A DNA stretch of 64,000 nucleotides from Leeuwenhoekiella sp. (GCA_965219335.1 CBDCNG010000005.1:121992-185991); one strand, 5' to 3'; shown: positions 50,136 through 61,060, counted from the first letter of the stretch. Numbers and translations: made by a program. The notes: generated by a model from the sequence alone, not told the origin.

Positions 50136-52589
50136 CTAGTAATTATCAACATTAATAATCAGTTTTACACTTCTAAACTGGGCGATACTCAAAAAACTGC
50201 TGCGCACTTTTAAGATTGCTTTTTTAGTATTGACAAGATTTTGTTTTTTCGGAATTTTGATAAGTATATTCCGGTAGTATTCATTTCTGATACGTGATAT
50301 GGGCGGCGGTTCAGGTCCTAGAATCTGCTGACCAAAAACATTTTTAAGACCCTGCCCCAGCCATTCGGCAGCGCTTTCTATCTTTTGAAAATCCCTGTGT
50401 TTCAACGTAATTTTTATCAAACGGCAGAATGGGGGATATTTATAAATATGCCGTTCTTCCAATTGTTCAGTGTACATCCCCGCATAATCGTTTACAGAAA
50501 CCTGCTGCAGGATCTGGTGGTAGGGATTATACGTCTGGATAAAAACCTTTCCTCTTTTTTGGGTACGGCCGGCACGTCCAGAAACCTGCTGAATCAATTG
50601 AAAACTGCGCTCATGTGCCCTAAAATCGGGTATATTTAACAGGCTATCCGCATTAAGAATACCCACCACACTCACATTTCTAAAATCTAGTCCTTTGGTA
50701 AGCATCTGTGTACCTACCAAAATATCGGTATCACCTTGTTCAAATGCGGTAATGATCTTTTCAAAACCATACTTCCCGCGGGTGGTGTCAGAGTCCATCC
50801 TTGCAATGATGGCCTCGGGAAAAAGGGGTCTGAGTTCGGCCTCGATCTGTTCTGTACCAAAGCCTTTGGTTGAGAGATCCTCGCTGCCACAGGCCATGCA
50901 TTTTTGCAACATGGCGATGTGATAGCCACAGTAATGACACCGCAGTTGGCTGCGGTGCTTGTGATAGGTCAGGCTCACGTCGCAATTGGGACATTGTGGG
51001 GAATGGCCGCAGGTATTGCATTCAAGAATGGGGGAATAGCCACGCCGATTCTGAAAAAGGATAATCTGTTCACCTGCTGAGAGTGCATCATTTACCGCGC
51101 CCAGCAAATCATCGCTAAAGTGGCCGGTCATTCTCTTTTTGAGCTTTTTTTCCTTAATATCCACAATAATATTTTCTGGCATGAGCACGTTACCAAACCG
51201 GCGGGCCAGGTCCACAAGACTATATTTGCCATGCTTGGCATTGTAATACGTCTCTAGGGCGGGTGTTGCAGATCCCATAAGTACCTTTGCGCCCTGCTGA
51301 TGGGCAAGTACGACTGCCGCGTCCCGTGCCTGATATCTTGGCGCTGGGTCAAACTGTTTATAGCTTGGCTCATGCTCTTCATCTATCACGACAAGGCCCA
51401 GATTATCAAAGGGCAATAGGACTGAGCTACGGGCACCCAAAATCAACTGCGCTTTCTTCTTGTTTTGCAGCACATTGTTCCAAACCTCCACGCGCTCATG
51501 AACCGTGTATCTGGAATGATAAACGGAAAGGCTTTCACCAAAATAAAACTGTAGCCGCGTCACCAGCTGCGTAGTCAATGCGATTTCTGGTAATAGATAG
51601 AGCACCTGATTGCCCTGATCCAGCATTTCCTGTATCAGGCTGGCATAAATCTCCGTTTTTCCTGAAGAGGTAACGCCGTGCAAGAGACAGACATCATTAC
51701 TGGTAAAGGATACTTTTATCTGTTGTAAAGCTTCTGTTTGTGCCTGATTGAGCGTTTTTACAGCTTCGGCGGGACTATTGTCATAGTCAATACGGTCTTT
51801 CTTAATCGTATAAATTTCAAAAATATCCTTCTTAACCAAGGCATTTATCTGTGCGCTGGAAGCATCTGCCGCCTTTTGAAGATCTAGCCTCTTGACGGGT
51901 TTTTTCGATTTCGCTTTAAGCGAAAAAAAGGAGAGCAAGAGTTCGCGCTGTTTTGGGGCGTTTTCCAGATGGCTTAACAAATCTTGTGTCTGCGCCTCCC
52001 CTTCCTGCGCTTTTGAAAGTTTAATATAATCTATAAGTTTTGGCCGGTAAACTTCATAAATTTCTTCCTCGATCTCCACCATTCCGTTATCGATCAGCTT
52101 TTGGATTACCGGAAGCACCTTTTTTTTGCCCAGGATGTTCATGACCTCCTGTATCTTGAGCGAAGAGTTATCCTGTAGGGCATCAATGAGCAGTTGCATG
52201 TCATCATCGTCTACGCTAACGCCATCAAGGTCGCTCCCTTTTTTATGTTTGATAATCGTCTCACTCTCCAATAAAAATGCATTGGGCAGTGCAGCACGCA
52301 TCACCTCACCCAGCGTACACATGTAATAAGTGGCAATCCATTTCCAAAAATTGAGTTGCCCCAAATGTACTACGGGGGATTCATCAAGGATATATTCGAT
52401 TTCCTTAGCCTCATAAACGGTTGGCTTGACGGTATGCACACCCACTGAGAGCGCGGTATAAATTTTTGATTTCCCGAACGGAACCGCGAGGCGCATGCCA
52501 GGTTTTATAAAGGCATATTCTGCTTCATTCACTTGATATGTAAAGGTTTTCTCGACCGGTATAGGCAGAATTACATCTACGAAATACAT
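50136..52589 (-). CDS. priA: Primosomal protein N' (replication restart helicase)
   Basis: HGVTSSGKT, IDEEHE, SATP, two CxxC zinc pairs, GTQMLTKGLDF, QVSGRAGR; ATG at 52589. Confidence 0.97.
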   Translation of the reverse strand: MYFVDVILPIPVEKTFTYQVNEAEYAFIKPGMRLAVPFGKSKIYTALSVGVHTVKPTVYEAKEIEYILDESPVVHLGQLNFWKWIATYYMCTLGEVMRAALPNAFLLESETIIKHKKGSDLDGVSVDDDDMQLLIDALQDNSSLKIQEVMNILGKKKVLPVIQKLIDNGMVEIEEEIYEVYRPKLIDYIKLSKAQEGEAQTQDLLSHLENAPKQRELLLSFFSLKAKSKKPVKRLDLQKAADASSAQINALVKKDIFEIYTIKKDRIDYDNSPAEAVKTLNQAQTEALQQIKVSFTSNDVCLLHGVTSSGKTEIYASLIQEMLDQGNQVLYLLPEIALTTQLVTRLQFYFGESLSVYHSRYTVHERVEVWNNVLQNKKKAQLILGARSSVLLPFDNLGLVVIDEEHEPSYKQFDPAPRYQARDAAVVLAHQQGAKVLMGSATPALETYYNAKHGKYSLVDLARRFGNVLMPENIIVDIKEKKLKKRMTGHFSDDLLGAVNDALSAGEQIILFQNRRGYSPILECNTCGHSPQCPNCDVSLTYHKHRSQLRCHYCGYHIAMLQKCMACGSEDLSTKGFGTEQIEAELRPLFPEAIIARMDSDTTRGKYGFEKIITAFEQGDTDILVGTQMLTKGLDFRNVSVVGILNADSLLNIPDFRAHERSFQLIQQVSGRAGRTQKRGKVFIQTYNPYHQILQQVSVNDYAGMYTEQLEERHIYKYPPFCRLIKITLKHRDFQKIESAAEWLGQGLKNVFGQQILGPEPPPISRIRNEYYRNILIKIPKKQNLVNTKKAILKVRSSFLSIAQFRSVKLIINVDNY

Positions 52590-52783
52590 ATTCTTAAATT
52601 TTGAATGCAGCATTCAGAATGCCAAGTAATTGAAGTGTGACGTGGGAATTTTTGCCTATTTTAAGCTAAAATAAGAGTCATAAGATCGGGAATTTTGGCA
52701 TTTTGATCAAAAAATCGGCAAATGGAATGGCGTAAATAATAAAGGCCTAACCTGAAAGTAACCTTTATTCTAAGATTATGAAT

Positions 52784-53212
52784 CTAATCCACCCGTGTCC
52801 AATACTGCGTGCGCCCCAGTAGTGAGAATCCTATATAACCCCTCACCTTCAGCTTATCAGGATTTTCCAGCGCAATATAACATTTGTAGAGTTTCCCGTG
52901 TACGGGATCCAGTATTTTGCCATCGGTCCACTCATCATCTTCTTTTACGAGACCTTTGATGATTTCCAGCCCTTGGATAGGCTTATCTTTATCTGCTCCT
53001 GGGCATTCTTCACATTTGGCGTCTTTTTTATCATCATTCAGTATTTCTACTATTTTCCCAAATACTCTTCCATCCCGTTCATAGATTTCTACAATGGAGC
53101 GCGCCTCACCGGTTTCATCATCAATAGTTTTCCATTTTCCGGTCACTTTTTGAGCATAAAGACCTAGGGAACAGAGTACAGTTAAAGCAAACACAAATGT
53201 TATTTTTTTCAT
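52784..53212 (-). CDS. DUF2147 domain secreted protein
   Basis: Signal peptide from MKKITF; GKWKTIDD, GKILDP, LKVRGYIGFSLLGRTQYW. Confidence 0.9.
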   Translation of the reverse strand: MKKITFVFALTVLCSLGLYAQKVTGKWKTIDDETGEARSIVEIYERDGRVFGKIVEILNDDKKDAKCEECPGADKDKPIQGLEIIKGLVKEDDEWTDGKILDPVHGKLYKCYIALENPDKLKVRGYIGFSLLGRTQYWTRVD

Positions 53213-53228
53213 AGGGGGGCAATTTAAA

Positions 53229-54149
53229 TTATCGTTTATATTTAAGAATATGCAGTGCCGCATTGAGCTCAAAGCCCAGTAGCAGTAAGTTTGAATTTAG
53301 CCAAATGTAAACCATCATGATCAATAATGCACCTATGGATCCATACAATTGGTTATAGGTTGAGAAGTTGTCAATATATATGCCAAAAAGATAAGTAGTA
53401 AGCAAAAATAGTAATGTGGTCATGAGTGCACCTGCCGAAAAAAAACGATGTTTTTTACCTTCTTTTGTTCCGTAATAGTAGAGTGTGCCTACCACGATGT
53501 AGATCTGCACCACAAAAAACAGATAACTCCCCAACTGTGAGATCCATTTATTATCCTCTGCAAAGAAAAAGTGGTATTTAAATCGAGAAATCGAATATTG
53601 ATAGTATAAAATCACCACGACAGTAATGAGCAACAACAAGGCCAAAAATATGGAGACTCCCAAGGCCACCAGGTACTGACGAATAATACTCCTATTGAGC
53701 GAAGTATGGTAACTATATTCAAAACCCGTAAAAATAGTGTTCACCCCATTGGCCATTAGAAAAATAGCAAAGATCAGTGTGAATGATAGCAGTCCCGCCC
53801 TCTGATTCGCTGCAATATCGAGCAAAATGGGCTCAAAAAAGGCCGAGGTATGCGATGGTAAAAGCCCATAGATAAAATCAAGAAAAGTCTTCTGAAAATC
53901 CTTGACCGGGATATACGGGATCATGTTGAGTACAAATAGAAAAAAAGGAAAGAGCGCCATAAAAAAGCTAAACGCAATCGCCCCAGCGCGCGTAGAGAAC
54001 GTACCTTTTACGATACCCACAGAGTATAGTTCCCAGAGATCATAAAGGCTCAGCCCTTCTGTACCAGGAATAATTATCCGCTCCATCCAGACGACTATAC
54101 GGCCTATGATGGGGATTTTTCTTAGGTTCCTCTCTACTCTTTTATCCAT
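53229..54149 (-). CDS. YihY / virulence factor BrkB family membrane protein
   Basis: AGAIAFSFFMALFP, YNQLYGSIGAL...LLLGFELN. Confidence 0.92.
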   Translation of the reverse strand: MDKRVERNLRKIPIIGRIVVWMERIIIPGTEGLSLYDLWELYSVGIVKGTFSTRAGAIAFSFFMALFPFFLFVLNMIPYIPVKDFQKTFLDFIYGLLPSHTSAFFEPILLDIAANQRAGLLSFTLIFAIFLMANGVNTIFTGFEYSYHTSLNRSIIRQYLVALGVSIFLALLLLITVVVILYYQYSISRFKYHFFFAEDNKWISQLGSYLFFVVQIYIVVGTLYYYGTKEGKKHRFFSAGALMTTLLFLLTTYLFGIYIDNFSTYNQLYGSIGALLIMMVYIWLNSNLLLLGFELNAALHILKYKR

Positions 54150-55007
54150 TTAAACAGCCTTCAGGCTCATGTCCATATTATAGACCGAATGGGTAAGTGC
54201 CCCGCTTGAGATATAATCCACCCCACATTCGGCATATTTGCGCAGGGTGTCTTCTGTGATATTACCGGATGATTCGGTCTGGCAGCTGGAACCTATCATC
54301 TGAACCGCTTCGCGCGTTTGGGCATAATCAAAATTATCGAGCAGAATACGGTGCACACCGCCCACTTGCAGAATCTGTTGCACTTCAGCCAGATTTCTGG
54401 CCTCTACGATAATCTCGAGGTCAAGTTCATTTTTTTTAAGATAATCCATCGTTTTTGAGATCGCCTGCGCAATCCCCCCGGCAAAATCGATGTGGTTATC
54501 CTTGAGCATGATCATATCATAAAGGGCAAAACGGTGGTTGTCTCCGCCCCCTATCTTTACGGCCCATTTTTCTAGTGCACGCAGTCCCGGCGTTGTCTTT
54601 CGGGTATCAAGAATTTTGGTTTTGGTACCCTGCAGCAAATCTGTATACTTACGTGTTTTGGTCGCTATGGCGCTCATACGCTGCATTCCATTGAGCACGA
54701 TCCGTTCCGCCTTAAGGATGTTTTGCGAATTGCCTTCCACATAAAAGGCGATGCTCCCCGGTTTTACTTGCGCACCATCCTTTAAAAGAATATTTACCTC
54801 AAGCTGATAATCCACGTAATTAAATACTTCCTCGGCAAATTTTACACCGGCAAGGATACCGGTATCCTTAACAAGCAATTTTGCTTTTCCCTTAGCATCA
54901 GCTGGGATGCAGGCTAGTGAACTGTGATCTCCCGGGCCCACGTCTTCACGTATGGCATTTTTGATGATAATATCTATTTCTTTGTTTAATTCTGATTTCG
55001 TGATCAT
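54150..55007 (-). CDS. nadC: Nicotinate-nucleotide pyrophosphorylase (carboxylating)
   Basis: LDTRKTTPG, HRFALYDMIMLKDNH, LLDNF, ESSGNI, ISSGALTHS. Confidence 0.97.
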   Translation of the reverse strand: MITKSELNKEIDIIIKNAIREDVGPGDHSSLACIPADAKGKAKLLVKDTGILAGVKFAEEVFNYVDYQLEVNILLKDGAQVKPGSIAFYVEGNSQNILKAERIVLNGMQRMSAIATKTRKYTDLLQGTKTKILDTRKTTPGLRALEKWAVKIGGGDNHRFALYDMIMLKDNHIDFAGGIAQAISKTMDYLKKNELDLEIIVEARNLAEVQQILQVGGVHRILLDNFDYAQTREAVQMIGSSCQTESSGNITEDTLRKYAECGVDYISSGALTHSVYNMDMSLKAV

Positions 55008-55320
55008 AGAAGCTATTTTCTGCTAAATTAATAAATATACTTCTGGCGCAGGTTGTGTTCTTAGACCAATACCGCGCTTATTTAAAGCATTATTGGCTGC
55101 GCTCAAGGCGAAAACTGATCAGAATACCAGAAATCAAATTAGAATATATCGTATTATAGAAAGCTACACATCTGTAATTTCCAAACGATTCAACCAGATT
55201 TAAAAGGGATTCTGCAACTAGACCATAACAGGAACGCTTTCGCGAAAGCAATTGGAATATGCAGCTATTTTATCCAGTAATTCAGCCATAAATTACCCAA
55301 TTTCCCCTTATTTTTGAATT

Positions 55321-55794
55321 ATGAAGATCAAACTGCTATGCATAGGCAAGACTGATGATAAACATCTTCGAGAACTCATTGACGTTTATCGGAAAAGACT
55401 AGGATTTTATATCGGTTTTGAACTGGAAATCATTCCTGATTTAAAAAAAGCGAAAAACCTGAGCCAAGAGCAGCAGAAAGAAAAAGAAGGGCAACTGATC
55501 TTAAATACGCTACAAGCACAGGAAGCCCTGGTTTTACTTGATGAAAGGGGAAAAGAATTTACAAGCATTGGGTTTTCAAAATTTCTCCAGAAAAAAATGA
55601 ACAGCGGTTTAAAAGCGTTGGTCCTGGTTATTGGCGGCCCCTATGGTTTTTCTGAAGAAGTATATTCGCAGGCTGTTGGCCGGATTTCCATGTCAAAAAT
55701 GACGTTTTCCCACCAGATGATCCGCCTTTTTGCCATAGAGCAGGTTTATCGGGCCTTTACTATTTTAAAAAATGAACCATACCATCATGAGTGA
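55321..55794 (+). CDS. rlmH: 23S rRNA (pseudouridine1915-N3)-methyltransferase
   Basis: LDERGK, IGGPYGF, MTFSHQMIR, EQVYRA...EPYHHE. Confidence 0.97.
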   Translation: MKIKLLCIGKTDDKHLRELIDVYRKRLGFYIGFELEIIPDLKKAKNLSQEQQKEKEGQLILNTLQAQEALVLLDERGKEFTSIGFSKFLQKKMNSGLKALVLVIGGPYGFSEEVYSQAVGRISMSKMTFSHQMIRLFAIEQVYRAFTILKNEPYHHE

Positions 55795-55869
55795 TAAACC
55801 ATATTTTACTAGCTATGCTAAATTACCGATCGTCATAAATGAATAACCCCACTAAAACTGCTTAAAATT

Positions 55870-56454
55870 ATGGAACTCATCTTCGCCACCCATAACCCTA
55901 ATAAGTTAAAGGAGATCAAAGCGCTGATGCCAAAAGATATTGAAGTCAAAAGCCTGACAGAGATAGGTTGCGATGAAGATATCATTGAAAGTGCCAAAAC
56001 CATTGCAGGTAATGCGCTATTAAAGGCACAGCATGTTGTAGAGAATTATCAACTTAACTGTTTTGCAGACGATACCGGCCTTGAGGTAGATCTTCTTAAT
56101 GGCGCGCCCGGTGTATATAGCGCCCGCTACGCCGGTGCTAAGAAAAATTCTGGCAATAACCGAGCAAAACTGCTTGAAGCCTTGAAAGGTGCAAAAGACC
56201 GAAATGCACAATTTCGTACAGTTATCGCTCTTATTATTGAGAATAAGGAATACCAATTTGAAGGAATATGCAAGGGAATTATAACTGAAGCTCCTCACGG
56301 CAGTGGCGGTTTTGGTTACGATTCCATCTTCAAACCCAGCGGATATGAGCAGACCTTTGCAGAAATGCCGCTAGCTCTGAAAAGCAAGATTGGACACCGC
56401 GGAAAAGCAGTGGGTAAGTTGCTGGATTTCTTAAAAAACCGTAGTGATGTTTGA
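55870..56454 (+). CDS. rdgB: Non-canonical purine NTP pyrophosphatase (RdgB/HAM1)
   Basis: ATHNPNK, ADDTGL, PGVYSARY, GFGYDSIF, GHRGKA. Confidence 0.93.
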   Translation: MELIFATHNPNKLKEIKALMPKDIEVKSLTEIGCDEDIIESAKTIAGNALLKAQHVVENYQLNCFADDTGLEVDLLNGAPGVYSARYAGAKKNSGNNRAKLLEALKGAKDRNAQFRTVIALIIENKEYQFEGICKGIITEAPHGSGGFGYDSIFKPSGYEQTFAEMPLALKSKIGHRGKAVGKLLDFLKNRSDV

Positions 56455-56574
56455 GCATTTTGACGGAATACTTCAAATGAAATCACCAATAATATAGATT
56501 ATTAAATATTAAAATACTGATTTATAAATTATTACACGCTAAATGTTTAAATAGTTCTTTCAATTAAATAAAAG

Positions 56575-56582
56575 TATCTTTG
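56575..56582 (+). promoter_or_regulatory. Bacteroidota -7 promoter element of the helicase gene
   Basis: TATCTTTG followed by CGCCC. Confidence 0.65.
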
Positions 56583-56622
56583 CGCCCTCTTAACCACTAC
56601 TGGTTAGGTTAATTTATTTAGA

Positions 56623-58401
56623 ATGAACAAATTTAAAGCGTTAGGACTTAATGATGCCATCCTCCAGGCCGTAGCAGACCTTGGGTTTACAGAACCCTCA
56701 GAAGTACAGGAGCAGGCCATCCCCGTCCTACTTAAAGACGATACAGATATCGTCGCACTCGCCCAGACCGGGACGGGAAAAACGGCAGCATTTGGTTTTC
56801 CGCTTATTCAAAAAATAAACGCAGGCAGCAAGACCACGCAGGGGCTTATCATCTCCCCTACCCGCGAGCTCTGTCTGCAGATCACCAAAGAAATACAGGC
56901 CTATGCAAAGCATGTCAAGGGCCTTAATGCGGTAGCCGTTTATGGTGGTGCCAATATTCAGGAACAGGCACGCCAGATCAAGCGGGGTGCACAGATTATT
57001 GTGGCCACCCCTGGCCGCATGATGGACATGATGCGCAGAAAACTGGTGGATATCAGTGAGATTAGTACCTGTATCCTAGACGAGGCCGATGAAATGCTCA
57101 ATATGGGCTTTTATGAGGATATCGTAACCATTCTTGCAGATACCCCTGAGAGCAAAAATACCTGGCTATTTTCAGCGACCATGCCAAAGGAAGTGGCACG
57201 TATTGCCAAAAAATTCATGAAATCTCCTGTTGAGATCACCGTGGGGGCCAAAAATACCGGGGCAGAAAATGTATCGCATGAGTATTACCTCGTCAATACC
57301 CGCGATCGTTATCAAGCACTCAAAAGGCTGGCCGATGCCAATCCTGAAATATTTTCAGTGGTTTTTTGTCGTACCAAACGCGATACTCAAAAAGTGGCTG
57401 AACAACTTATTGAAGATGGTTATAATGCCGCAGCATTGCATGGAGATTTAAGTCAGAACCAGCGCGACCTGGTGATGAAAAGCTTTAGAAGTCGCCAGAT
57501 ACAGATGCTCGTGGCTACAGACGTTGCGGCACGCGGTATCGACGTAGATGACATTACCCATGTTATCAATTACCAACTTCCAGATGAGATCGAAACCTAC
57601 ACCCACCGAAGCGGGCGTACGGGACGCGCAGGGAAAACAGGGATCTCAATGGTGATTGTCTCTAAGAGCGAGATGCGCAAGATCAAGCAGGTTGAGAAGA
57701 TCATTAATAAAAAGTTTACCCAGAAAGATATCCCCACCGGGATGGAAATTTGCGAGGTACAGCTCATGCATTTGGCCAACGATATTAAGAATACCAAAAT
57801 CAACCATGAGATTGATCCTTATATTTATAGTATCCATGAGGTGCTTGAGGGTCTTGATCGTGAGGAGATTATTAAAAAGGTATTTTCGGTAGAGTTTACC
57901 AGATTTTTCAATTATTATAAAAAAGCGAAGGATCTGAATACGGCGGTTGCTGCAGAAATGAAGCAGGCATCGGGCGATTCTACGCGCTATTTTATTAATG
58001 TGGGCGGCAGAGACAACTTTGACTGGATGAGCCTCAAGGATTTCTTAAAAGAAGCGACAGGACTTGGTGATGGTATTTATCGCGTGGATTGTAAGGATAG
58101 TTTCTCCTTTTTTAATACAGATACCGAGCATAAGGACGCCATCCTTGCACTTTTTGAAGATTTTAAATTACAGGGGCGTCAAATTCATGTAGAGATAACT
58201 AAAGACACCCGCGATAGTGGTGGCGGAAAATCTAATAAAGGTCGAAAAAAACGTAAAGGTCGCAGTGATGGTGACTTTGGCGGTGGTCGAAACAAAAAAA
58301 GCAAAAGCGGTGGCGGAAAGGGGCATCGTGGCCGCGGTGGCTCGGTTACCGAAAATAAAGGCCCATTTTCAGGCAAAAGACGTAGAAGAAATCGGGATTA
58401 A
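56623..58401 (+). CDS. DEAD-box RNA helicase (DeaD/CsdA-like) with DbpA RNA-binding domain and basic tail
   Basis: AQTGTGKT, PTREL, DEAD, SAT, ARGID, HRSGRTGR; G/K/R-rich C-terminus. Confidence 0.95.
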   Translation: MNKFKALGLNDAILQAVADLGFTEPSEVQEQAIPVLLKDDTDIVALAQTGTGKTAAFGFPLIQKINAGSKTTQGLIISPTRELCLQITKEIQAYAKHVKGLNAVAVYGGANIQEQARQIKRGAQIIVATPGRMMDMMRRKLVDISEISTCILDEADEMLNMGFYEDIVTILADTPESKNTWLFSATMPKEVARIAKKFMKSPVEITVGAKNTGAENVSHEYYLVNTRDRYQALKRLADANPEIFSVVFCRTKRDTQKVAEQLIEDGYNAAALHGDLSQNQRDLVMKSFRSRQIQMLVATDVAARGIDVDDITHVINYQLPDEIETYTHRSGRTGRAGKTGISMVIVSKSEMRKIKQVEKIINKKFTQKDIPTGMEICEVQLMHLANDIKNTKINHEIDPYIYSIHEVLEGLDREEIIKKVFSVEFTRFFNYYKKAKDLNTAVAAEMKQASGDSTRYFINVGGRDNFDWMSLKDFLKEATGLGDGIYRVDCKDSFSFFNTDTEHKDAILALFEDFKLQGRQIHVEITKDTRDSGGGKSNKGRKKRKGRSDGDFGGGRNKKSKSGGGKGHRGRGGSVTENKGPFSGKRRRRNRD

Positions 58402-58473
58402 TGCCTTTAATTCTGATATAACCGCAACTTTTTGTGTGGTTTTTAAGTCTCTTTTTCTAAATTGTCAGCCCCT

Positions 58474-59253
58474 ATGAAAAAGACTGTATTTGTATTTTTG
58501 CTCCTGCTTATTCCAATTATTTCTGTTGCGCAGGATAACGGCTTGGAGGAAACCATCGCCGGTACTGTGATCAATGCCTCGAATGATGAACCCTTAGAAG
58601 GGGTTAATATTATTAACCTCAACAATGTGAAAGGTGCGGTGACCGATGCCAAAGGCGATTTTTCGCTTCAGGCGAAAGTGAACGATACGCTGTATTTTTC
58701 TTTTTTGGGCTTTAAAACACTTCAGGTGCGGGTAACGAGCGATTGGAAAAAATTTGGTGATGTAAAGATCAAAATGACCGAAGTGGGAATTGCTCTCGAG
58801 GAAGTGGTTGTAAAAGATATACAACTTACCGGTTATCTGGAGATCGATGCCAAAAATGTGCCCATTTATAAAAATATGCGCTATAGCATCAGCGGTCTGG
58901 ATATGGGCTATGAGGCCGGTGACAGTCAGCCAAGTGCGATCAACAAAGTGATCAGCTCCGTTTTTAATCCTGCAGATTTTCTTTATAAAGCCTTTGGCAA
59001 ACGCCCAAAACAGATGAAAAAGCTGCGGGAGATGAAAGAAGATGATAACATTCGCAATCTTTTATTATCCAAATTTGATCGCGAAACCCTTGCCGCCCTT
59101 CTGCAGGTAACCACGGTAGATATTGATGAGATTCTACGCCGCTGCGACTATTCAGAAAGTTTTGTGAAGACCGCAAACGACCTGCAGATCCTTGATGCCA
59201 TTAGTAGTTGTTATGAGGAATACAAGGTGCTTAACAGAGAGAAAAAACCCTAG
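58474..59253 (+). CDS. Secreted protein with carboxypeptidase-like regulatory domain
   Basis: Signal peptide; GTVIN...GAVTDAKGDFSL...FSFLGFKT. Confidence 0.8.
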   Translation: MKKTVFVFLLLLIPIISVAQDNGLEETIAGTVINASNDEPLEGVNIINLNNVKGAVTDAKGDFSLQAKVNDTLYFSFLGFKTLQVRVTSDWKKFGDVKIKMTEVGIALEEVVVKDIQLTGYLEIDAKNVPIYKNMRYSISGLDMGYEAGDSQPSAINKVISSVFNPADFLYKAFGKRPKQMKKLREMKEDDNIRNLLLSKFDRETLAALLQVTTVDIDEILRRCDYSESFVKTANDLQILDAISSCYEEYKVLNREKKP

Positions 59254-59256
59254 CCT

Positions 59257-59865
59257 TCAGGAAGACAACCATTTTAACTGCAGGCTTTTTTGTTCACTTT
59301 CGCTCAGTTGCCATTGCTTGTCGCTTTCGCGTAAGCGGTACATCAGATCCTGAATAATAATCGCTGCAGACACTGAAATATTAAGGCTTTGGGTAAAGCC
59401 GTAAGTGGGGATATAAATAAAGTCATCGGCTTCAGCAAGTACCTCATCGCTCAAACCTTTGGCCTCGCTCCCAAAAAAAAGTGCAGCAGGTTTTTCGATA
59501 TTAAAATTAGCAAGCGTGTTTTTTTTATAATGGGGTGTGGTAGCTACAATTTTGTATCCCCGCTCGCGTAACTTTTTTATCGCTTCCGCGGAAGCGTTAT
59601 AGCGGTACAGACTGACCCATTTTTGTGCACCCATGGCAATCTCGCGGTCAATGCGCCGGCCAAACTCCTCTTCTATCACATGCACCTCCTGAATACCAAA
59701 CGCCTCGCAGCTGCGCATAACCGCGCTTGTATTATGCAGATGGCCTACATCTTCTATAGCGACGGTAAAATGATTGGTGCGGGTCTTGGCAATCTCCTCA
59801 AAAAGTTTTCTCCTTCTTGGGGTTACCTGGTTTTTTAAAAGTGAAAGCTGTTTATCATCATCCAT
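59257..59865 (-). CDS. TrmH/SpoU family RNA 2'-O-methyltransferase
   Basis: HNTSAVMRSCEAFG, FFGSEAKG, SLNISVSAA. Confidence 0.92.
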   Translation of the reverse strand: MDDDKQLSLLKNQVTPRRRKLFEEIAKTRTNHFTVAIEDVGHLHNTSAVMRSCEAFGIQEVHVIEEEFGRRIDREIAMGAQKWVSLYRYNASAEAIKKLRERGYKIVATTPHYKKNTLANFNIEKPAALFFGSEAKGLSDEVLAEADDFIYIPTYGFTQSLNISVSAAIIIQDLMYRLRESDKQWQLSESEQKSLQLKWLSS

Positions 59866-60103
59866 GCGGTCAAGATAAAATAAAGATCGATGAATTTAAT
59901 ATGAAGATTGATTTTATCATCTTTTATTGCATATAGATCATTCAACATTATGTTTTATCGCTATCAGATTTTCCATCTTTTATAATAATAAACACCTGAT
60001 TATCAATATTTTGTATATTTAAAATAAAGATTATTATTAATTATGTAGGATTTTAAGCAGGCGCTAACCGAATTCATGATTACTGATTAACCTCCCATTT
60101 ACT

Positions 60104-60575
60104 TCACTTATTTTTCTCGGCCGGCGTGATCATGATATGTGCCCTATGCGTCCATGCATCCATTAGCCATGGCATTCCCGGAGCAAATGGCGAATCTGGA
60201 AGCCCCGTGGATTCGGTAGTGGCATATGGGGTATAGATCACATAGCATAAGGAAGGGTTTTTCAATTCGCCTGTCTCCTGGTTTAGGTTTTCTTCCTCCC
60301 CGTCAATTACATACAGCATACTTGGTTCTTTGGGCATTTGTAAAGTACCTGCTTTAGCTTCTCCGTACGGATCTCCCTTTTTTTAGAAACGTTTTTCCCT
60401 TCGGCCCTCAATTCCCTTCCCCGTTTTATAAAAGGTTCAAGTTTATTGCATAACAGCTTAAATGAATCCCTTTATCCTTTGGATTATCTGCCAAGCATAT
60501 TAGGTTATTGTTCCCTTTTTTGAGCAAGACAAATTTTCCGTTTATATCATAACCATAGACTGTAACTTCAGCACG
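60104..60575 (-). pseudogene. 5'-truncated, twice-frameshifted conserved hypothetical gene
   Basis: Reconstructed RAEVTVYGYDINGKFVLLKKGNNNLICLADNPKDKGIHLSCY / NKLEPFIKRGRELRAEG / EAKAGTLQMPKEPSMLY...YTPYATTESTGLP...PWLMDAWTHRAHIMITP; frame changes near 60450 and 60362; no start or signal peptide. Confidence 0.7.
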
Positions 60576-60982
60576 TTATCCTTGCTGAGATGCACATTAA
60601 GATAACCGTCAAAATCTAACAGTTCATTATAAGTAATGCCGGTACCATCATTAAATGATTGTACATGGGTCACACTTAATCCTGTGGTACCAATCACGGG
60701 GGTGAGATCTATTAAAATAGCACTGCCCTGCGCTGCAGAATTTGCGTAAATATGCGCGGGATGACTTTTACCGGCTTTTGTTCCTTGCAAGTCAAGGGTA
60801 ATTGTGGTGGAGCCATCGCGATTTTCGGTAAATACGGCCGTACCTGAAATTCCGGGATCTGTTACTGAAACCAGGTGATACGTTTTGCTGTCGCCCGTAG
60901 GTATGTACCCATCGTCTATTTTTGTGCAGCTCCCGAATAATAAAGGTGCTGCAAGTGTTAAGAATAGTATTAGTTTTTTCAT
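60542..60982 (-). pseudogene. CHRD-like domain lipoprotein, 3'-truncated
   Basis: Lipobox FGSC; HPAHIY...IDLTPV...FDGYLNVHLS, then an abrupt out-of-frame run into the neighbouring pseudogene. Confidence 0.65.
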
Positions 60983-61060
60983 AGCAATTAAATTTGAAGA
61001 ATTGTTTTTTTTGTTACATCTTCAAAATACAGGAATATAAGCAAATAAAACCATAAAGTA

